IMG/VR virus record: IMGVR_UViG_3300030372_002234
Location: 1-64,000 of that record
Direction: 5' to 3' (one strand)
DNA: 64,000 nt
Source: a virus
Taxonomy: Duplodnaviria; Caudoviricetes
How positions within the stretch are numbered: the stretch's first letter is position 1; every line of letters begins with the position of its first letter. The notes below the pieces were generated by a model, which had not been told where the DNA came from, ran no database searches, and saw only the letters and a list, made by a program, of their open reading frames with translations. Below are positions 10,601 through 19,600 of the stretch, piece by piece. The position numbers were made by a program, and so were the translations under genes.

Positions 10601-13600
10601 GTATATTGCTTACTTTAGAAAAAAGGTTTTAGAAGAACGTTTAAACGGAGATACTCCTAATGCTAACGGTATGCCTCCAATGTTTGCAGCTATTGATGGC
10701 TTAGAGGTAGACGGTGCTGTTAACATGATTCAACTTTTTGCTCCCGGTACTTATTTTACGAGAGATGAGTTAATTAGAGTTCGCAGGCAGTTAAAAACAG
10801 AAGACCAAAGATTTATTACTGCTGCTCTTGAAGGAAGTCAAGACGGGGAATTTGATCTTACAAAAGCTGAAGCAAGAGCTTTAACAACTAGAATTAAAGA
10901 TATTTTAGTTGAAGAAGCAGTTAACAAAGATTATACTAGTGAAGAAATGCGTTTTATGAACGCTATTATTAATGAGCCTAGTGCCGAAACAATTGAAAAA
11001 GCGTTTGCTTCAACTCGGGTTGAAACCTATGTTAATAACATGATGATTGACGCGGCTAAAAACAATAAGGTTCTTACGGCTGATGATCTTATGTTATACA
11101 ACCAAGATCCTGAATTAGTTATTGAAACGTTTGTAAAGGCTAAACAAGATTTAGCCAAACTTATGGTTGAAGTAAGAGACGGTAATTATACTACTATTCT
11201 TAGAAGTCAAGGTAAGAATGTCTTAGATACTCTTGGTGAAGGAGTCGAGGGATATAAAAAATCAGGAAAAGGTATTACTAACAAATGGAAAGCTGATTTC
11301 TTGGCTAAATACTTTAGCGAAAACGAAGAGTTTACTGCTACTAAGGCTGAGATGTTAGAAGTATTTGAGGTAAACGATGAGTTTGTAGGACCAACTCTTC
11401 AGCAGCCCGCAAGAACCTCAGAACAAATGGATTTAGTCAAAGCCCGTATTAAAGATTTGCTTGAAGACGTTGTTAACCAGCAAGCAGAAAAAATTAAAAT
11501 GTCTGAAGTTAGGGCACGAAGAAAAAGAGCAGGTTACGCAAAACAAAGAGAAAAAACACAGAATGCTTACGCTAAATGGTATGAGTCTAGTACTAAATTA
11601 AGTAATAAGACAAAAGCTGATCAAGATAAAGTTGTTTTCCAGAGAGCGCGTAATAAACTTAAAGAAATGCGTGACTCTATTAACAAAGCGGTTGACGCTG
11701 AGTGGGAGAACGGTACTATCAAAGCTGATTGGATTGCCCGACAAAGCAAACGATTAGATGTACAGTATAGACCAAACTTTGCTCACGCCCGTCCTCTTGT
11801 TAAAGTACTCTCTATGCTTCAGGCTCATTTGTTAGGCACTGCTCGATGGAAGCGTGATTCTCTTAGTGGGTTCTTTGTTGATACAACTATTACTAGAAAA
11901 GATTTAATTTCTATTTTAGAAACTGCTGAAGAGGGTTATGGGTTTATTGCAAACATCGATGAAATTGCTATTGGAGCAAGAGTAGGCGAAGGTTACGACG
12001 GTGAGAAAGTAATTCAGGCTCTTCTTACTAAACTCAAGTCCACTGATCAAACGTTAGGAAACGTACTTAGTGCTGGTTTTGAAAAGAACTTAGGTATTCA
12101 TTTCGGTAAGAAGCTTCCCTACGCTACTGATGTATTTGGATCTAGAGGCGACTTACGAAACCTTATGACTTCTCTAAAGGGTCAGTTAGAAGGAAAGCAA
12201 GCTTATGCTAGAGGTAAAGCAGGAGCAGGAGAATACGCTGGTAATCGAGGAGATGGGAACATTGACGAGGCTACTTGGAATTCATCCTTTAACGAAGAGT
12301 TTATTACTCGTTTAGGTTACATTGCTACAGAAGGTAGTCAAAGAGCTAGAAATCTTCTTGCTGCTTTAGATGGATTAAGTCCTGAAAAACAAATTGCTAC
12401 AGCACTGAAATTTATTAACGAGTTTATTCCTGAAGGACAAAACAAACTAAAATCATTTAGTCAGTTAGGCGGAGGAACAGAAGCAATTGATTGGGTCGGA
12501 CCAAAGAGAGCAGCACAAGCTGTCTTGTCGGCTCTGTCTACTGAACGACCGTATGCAAATAAGGTTGCTGAGTCTTACGTTGTCAAGGGAGAAAGAAACA
12601 GACCAGAACGCGCTAGAAGATTAAGTAATATCGATGAAGACGGTATCTATATTCAGCACGATTCTGATCCTATCATCCAAAGAAACTACGAACGTGCTAC
12701 GGCTGATCACGCAATGAACTGGCTTCTTAAGAAATTAGATAATCCTGATTTAGATGCAGAAGCTAGAAAAGATATTTATAAAAAACTTCAGGCATGGCTC
12801 GAAAATTTCCCTGAACAAGCAGTACTTAATGATGCTGTAAGAGCGGCCCTTCCACAGCAAGGTCTTTCGTTTGTTCCTCGTTGGATGGTAACTGGTCCTG
12901 ATGCTGATATCATCGGTAAAAACTTTGGTACAGGTATTGAAGGACAAATACAGTATAACTTAGCAATGTCAAAGGTTAATACTCCTGCTCTAATGGCTAC
13001 TATTCACGACGCTATTTTTGTTGGTTTGCCGTCTATGATGACTAAATCAGGAGACGTTGCAGCTTCACCTAGTTGGAACTTTAAGGTAGGAGACGATCAT
13101 GTCTTAAGAGGTATTGGATTTGGTTTCCAAACTTTAATTGCTCGTAAAGGTTCTTTTGAAGATGCCTTAAACCATGTTCATCAGATTATGTATGGATACA
13201 AAGGTTTAGTGGAAGAAGCAAGAGCGTCTTATAACACAATGTCACAAAAAAGAGTAGAAGGTTTAACTGGAAAAACTTTTGATACTAACGATGAGTTTGT
13301 GGGTTGGATGGCCCAAGAGTTTCCTAAATTAGATACCGCAAAAAAAGAAGCCATTATTAAAGAACTTTTCCCAGCATTAGCAAGTTCTTATATGGACGCT
13401 GATTCTTCAGGATCAAACATTATGCTTGCTCTTGTGATGGGGCAAGATACTGATTTTGGTAACTTATGGAAAACTATTAAAGAAGCTGATGAAGGTAATA
13501 AGGATGTCTATAACGAAGCGCACAGTGAAGCTGTTATTAACGCTTACAAGCATGTAGAAAGCTATGTACTGGAGCGAATCGAAAAAAGAGATTTTAACGG

Positions 13601-16600
13601 AAAAGCCGGTTTAGAAGAAGTTTATAACGATCTTGGTAAAGTTTTTACAGTACTTAAAGACGAAGGCTTATCTAAAGAAATCCTTAAAAGCCCAGTTATG
13701 ACTGACTCTTACGGAATCGGTGTAGCAAAAATGAAAGAAAGCATTATTGAATCTTTCGGTAAACCTTCTGTTAAAGAAGAATTAATTAAAAGAGGTTTAT
13801 TTACTGAAGAAGACTACGATGCTAAAATTTACCAGTTATCTGATACTTTAGCTACTTTGTTATCTAAAGGTGTTGACTCTAAGTTAGGCGGTTGGATTAA
13901 ACAAAGCTTATTCGCTAAAGGTGGTTTAGACAACAAAAAATTAGGGGAGATTTTAAATAACTGGAGAAGAACTGAAAGCGGACAAAGAGTTAGAACAGGA
14001 GACGAGCAAAGGTCTGTCGCAGATAGTAATAACTTTATGAGCGATATGACAAGCGGCAGTACTACGGCTAACTTTAAAGCTGGTAACTCTGAAGAAATTT
14101 CTATGTTTGATAACATGTTTGACGAGGTTACACGGCAAATTTCAGTGTTAGCTGAGATTACTGGTGATGTTGAATCAGCTAAAGCTCACGTAAACAACTT
14201 AGTTAATTTAATTACTGATGACCTTAAAGGTGATAAAAACGTTGAAAAATTAATGGCTGAAGGTAAGTTTGCTGAAGCTCAGAGAGAAATTGACATTGCT
14301 TTTAATAAAATGTCAGAAGAAAGTGTTATGGTTAAAGCACTGAACAGCTACATGGCTCAGGGTTATGGGTTTGATGAAACAGCCTTTAGAGGACAGCTTG
14401 AAGCTATCTTAGGTAAAGGCAAAGCAGATACAATAAATCAAATCTTAGGTCGTTTAAATCCTCTTGCTAGACAGGCTATGAAGGGCCAGATGTTTAGGCA
14501 GTTAGCTATTTCGGCTGAAACTCGAAACTTTGTTAAAAACAACTTTGATCAAATCGCTGATAAAATTCTTCGACTGCAAGCAGAAGAATCTCCTCTTGGT
14601 CTTGGTAAGCTTGTTATGGAACCGTTGAGCGAAGAAGACATTAGACAGCGTACTATTCTACAGGCCGTTAAAGAACTATCAGAAATTTACGACTTAGAAA
14701 AATTAGAATTAGAAGTTGGTGGCGAAAGATTTAAAAATCTTACTTGGGAAGATTACTTTAAGCAGTGGGAAAAAGATAGCGGAACTGGTTTAGAAATTAG
14801 AGCAGCAGCTATAGATGCGTTTAAAAATGTTCGTTGGAAAGCAATGTTAGATGAAATCGATCAGCGTCTTGCTGAAAACAAAGAATCTAACGACGCTGAA
14901 GTCATGTCTTTAGAGATGCAGAAAGAAGCTATCGAACAAACAATGAAGATGCTTGCTCGTATTATTGATGCTACTAACGAAGGAAGACCTACGGACGCTG
15001 CTAAGAGATTAGAATTAGTTACTGAAAGCCGTAACGTGGTTAATACGGGTAGTATGCCCGGACTCTTAGGCGCACTTCCTCAGACTACTACTCGTAGATT
15101 TGAAGGCGCACCTATTCCAATTCTTAGAATGGCACAGCTTGAACAAACTGCTGAAGTTAAACAGTTAAGATCGTTAGAAAGAGGCGCACAGCAGGCTGAT
15201 ACAACCAAAGCAGTATTCAGTGATGCTGAGTTATCTCGTCCTCTTAGTCCTGAAGATCTTGCTGACGTTCAGACTTACAAGGGATCTATGTATGATGTCC
15301 CCTTAGCTTCTAAGCCTATTTACGGTTTGCAGGATAGTCCATCACCATTTATTGCAGCAGAGTTATTACAAGCTGAATTAACTAACTTTGCTAATCAGGT
15401 AGGGGGAGTAGCTAAAAAATATCTTAGTGAGGGTAATTTCTTTAAACTCTATAATACACATAGGCATTATGTTGCCGCCCAAGAAGCGATGAAAGCTGAT
15501 ACTGTTTATCGTGATATTGCTAAAAGCTTGTCAGAAAAACGTGAACAGCTTCTAAAGGATCGCCCGACATCTGATGCTTTGGATACGGAGTCTTTTCTTA
15601 ATCAGTCGGAAGACTATGTTAATCTTAAGTTAGAATTAGACAAAGCACAAGATAATGCTCTTATGGTTAGAAACGAAGTTTTAGCTATTGATGGATCATG
15701 GGCTAAAGACGTAGAAGAAAGAGCTTGGTCTATTATGTCTATGTCAGGAGAAACGTTAGAAACTGTATCTAACGGAAGAACTTGGGGAGAAGCCGTTAAT
15801 AAAACGGCATTAGATAACCAACGATCTGGTAACATGATTGCATGGTTAGCCCCTCCTGCTAAAACTCCGGGTGAGGTAATTCTTGATGGTAGTAATACTG
15901 CAAAACTTCGTTATGAAGATAAATCAGAAACAGCTATGTTACCGCGTTCTGCACACTCTGTAGATGCATCGGCTGGTTTGTACATGAGTAACTATATTCA
16001 AGTTACTGGTTGGTTTGAAGGACTTAAAAGCATCCTTAAAAGAGAGCCTACTAGTAGAGAGATTACTGTTTTTGCTCGATGGGCAGACGCTAAAGCACGT
16101 TTTGATGTTGATGAACAGAATAAACTTTTATCTAATTTTGGAAAAGAAATTGCTCCCTATAAAGATTTAACTGAAAAACAATTAACAGATATTATGGGTA
16201 GGGGGCAGGATATTGCTGCTCAAAACTTTAGAGACGCTAACAACGCAATAGCCTATATGGCTAAACCCGTAATTAGAGAACAAGTTAAAGAATCCCTCAA
16301 AGCCCAACTTGGAGATGATTTTGAAGCTAAAGTTGCAGAAAGAACCGGCGGGTTAACTCTTGAAGAATTAATGAATTTTAAACGAAAGTTAACTGACGAG
16401 AACACTACAATCTTTGTAAACCCCTTGGGAGTTGTTATTGCTCCTCACAAGGTAGTTGGAGATGGTATTGTTAATCTGACTATGCAAGAAAGAGTTTTAG
16501 CTTTACAGGGAATTCAAAATCAAACTGTTGTTGATCGCATGAGACTAGCTACAATGTTTGATAGAAAACTTCCTATGAACTCAGAGCTTTCATCTCGAAT

Positions 16601-19600
16601 GGGTGGATACGATCCGTTTACTAAGTTTAATGGAATGACTATTGATAAAGCCAGAAGGAACGCTGCTGTATTAACCGATGCCTTAGAAGTTTTACAGGGA
16701 AGAAGATCTACAGAAAAACTCAGTGTTGCTATTGATAGACGTAACGTTGTTAGAAGAGGTACTTTAACTGAAGCTCCCATGAAGTTTGTTAAATTTTCTA
16801 ATGAAATAAACGAAGAAGGAGCTAAAGACGCTAGGATGTTGTTAGCAGAAAATACTTTAGAAATGCTTCCTTTATCTGAAGACTCATTAAAGAAAATTAA
16901 TGCTCTTAGAAATACTTTTGATCCTTACGACGAAGCTGACTGGGCTAACGGTATTCAAGTTGCTATGATGGTTAGTAAAGACTCCGCTTATAACGTGTTT
17001 AAACAAAGAGTATTAGCTGAAGAAAGACTTTCAGCTAGGTCTAGAGATTCTAACCCAGACGAGTTTAATAAACAGTTTGATGCACGGTGGGAAAAAGTTA
17101 AACCAATTGTTGACGAGTTAAGAAATGAATTAAATATTCTTAATAGAGATAGCGACGTTGTTTCTAATTTCTTAAACAGAAACGATGTCTTCTTTGGTGA
17201 AACAGCTATTGATTCTACTACCCATGAAACTTTTAACAGTCTGTATTCTCAGAAAATTAAGATTGAGCAAGCTGTTCAAATGGAATTATTGAATAGAACT
17301 CTTGTTCCTGATAACACTTCGTTTGACCGAGAAGTTCAGTTTATTAAACCAATGGCTGATCTAAATGGTATTATCCCTAGATCTGACGGTACTCAACTTA
17401 AGCCTAACACTATTGATGCTCGTATTCAGGATTACCCAAAAACAGACGGTCACTTGATGTTAACGCATCGTTTAGATACGTTTGTTAATACTGGTATTTT
17501 AAATAAAGATCAAGCGTCTGTTCTTAAATTAGCTTTTTGGAATTATGATACTGAAGCATTAGGTAAGATTTTTGACCCAATGAAAACAGATAGTCCTTTA
17601 CGATTTGATGTTCTTGATGGTGTCGATTATATGGGTAAATACGAACAACTTAATAAAGCATTTACAGATGGAGTTGTACACAGAATTGGGCTTCTAAGAA
17701 ATATGTCAAGTAAATTTGATGATCCTAGTTCTTTAGGTCCGGCTGCTGTTGTTCTTGAAGAAATTGGACATGCTCTGGGTCATAAATTAGATTCTGATAC
17801 TCAGATTAACTTTATTGAACGTGTTAAGAAAATTGAGATGGCTACAATTGAAGAAGCTGAAAAACTTCTTTATGGCGAAGGTGGTCCAAAGAATAAAAAA
17901 CGTCTTGAACAATTAAGAGAAGATTTTAGACGTATTAAAGATATGGAAATTCCAGAAAACGCTGCCAAACGTACTGAGTTGTTTGGTGCTATGTTTGCTC
18001 TTAGTGGCTTACATAAAGCTAAAAATCAGTGGGATACTATTACTGACGGTGCTGCAACACAGACCGCTTTGTCTGACGCTCACTCTATTATTAAAAGTCT
18101 TGGTAAATTAGCTGATATTTCTGGCGTTGATGCTGATACCTTAAACGGTAAAAGCTTATTTACTGGTGTTGAAGAAACAATAAGATCTTCTATTAACTTA
18201 GACGTTAGATTAAACAAAAGATCTCAGCCAACAGATGAAAACCGTTTAGACGAAAACCACGGGCCTCGACATGTTGATGTTGATGTTGCAAAACGAAACG
18301 AAGACATTAGAAGAGCTAAGGTTGAAAAAGAAACTGACGATCTTATTGAACAAATCAGAGATCCAAGAACAGGTCAAGTTGATATTTCTCTTCTCGGTAA
18401 CGCTGACAAAATGAGTGTTACTGTAAGAGATACGATTATTCTTCGTGTTATGGAAGACCACGTTAAACGATCTACTTCAGGATCAAGAGTTGATACGCCT
18501 TTTTCTTCTTACCTGTCTGCAATGGCCTTTGGTAAATTAACTCCTAATCAAGTAGCTAGATACGGTGAGCTATTGTCTAGCCCGTTTGGTATGAGGCAGT
18601 TTGCTTTTGCTACTGATGGTGAAATTCCGTTAACTGCCGCAGTTGAGCATTTGTTTAACGGTGCTGATTCTCAAAGTTACTTTACTACTGGTGCTTTCCA
18701 AGACGCTATGCCTACAATTCAAGGATTGGGTCTATACTTAAGAGGTGAGTTTGAGAAAGTTATCCCAGCACTTGCTCTTCTTAAAGGACAAAACATGACC
18801 AAAGGACCGCTTGGACCTACCGGAGGAGAAACTACTCCGTGGTCCTTGTACTCTACTTTGTGGCGTGAAATGGTTATGGACTATCAAGGTAAAGATAGAG
18901 CTAAAGAAGTATTAGTAAACAAGCTTAAATCAATGAAAGATAACGATCCTGATTTTGTTAAATTCTTAGGAAACAAAAAGAAATCAGATGAGTTTTTAGA
19001 TATTATGGCTGACACTGCTGATTCTTGGGCTAATCCAAAAGAAGGTTTGTGGGCAAGTATTGTAGATTCTATGGTTCAGGCTGGAATGGTTAAAGAATCT
19101 AAACGAAACGATTTAATTGCTAATGCTGCTTATCCCATTAAGTTTAAGGACAGTATCTTTAAAAATATGACGGATATTGACGGCGATACTCCTAGAAGAG
19201 AACTTAGAAGAGCTATGGTAGACATAGTTAGAGGAAGGATGGAACACTCCGAAGATGTCGATATTGATATTCTTCAAATCGCATTAGCTGACGTATTACC
19301 AAGCCCGTCTGAAAGAAGAGGCAAGAATCTTGAAACGTATATTAACAATCTTCCTAACGAAATTCAAGCTTTATTAAAAACTCCTGAAATTAAAGGTAAC
19401 ATTGATGTGTTACTCGGGAAAATTAGAAGGGGAGACATTACTCTTAAAGATTTAGGAGATGACGTAAGAACTAGGTATATGGATACTCTTAAAAGCGATG
19501 ATTTAGTTGGTAACGAAGATCCTCGTAAAAAAGCAATGCTTCTTGAGTTGTCTGAAGAGTTTAGAAATAAATTAGCTAAATCTCAAAAGACCTCTACTTT

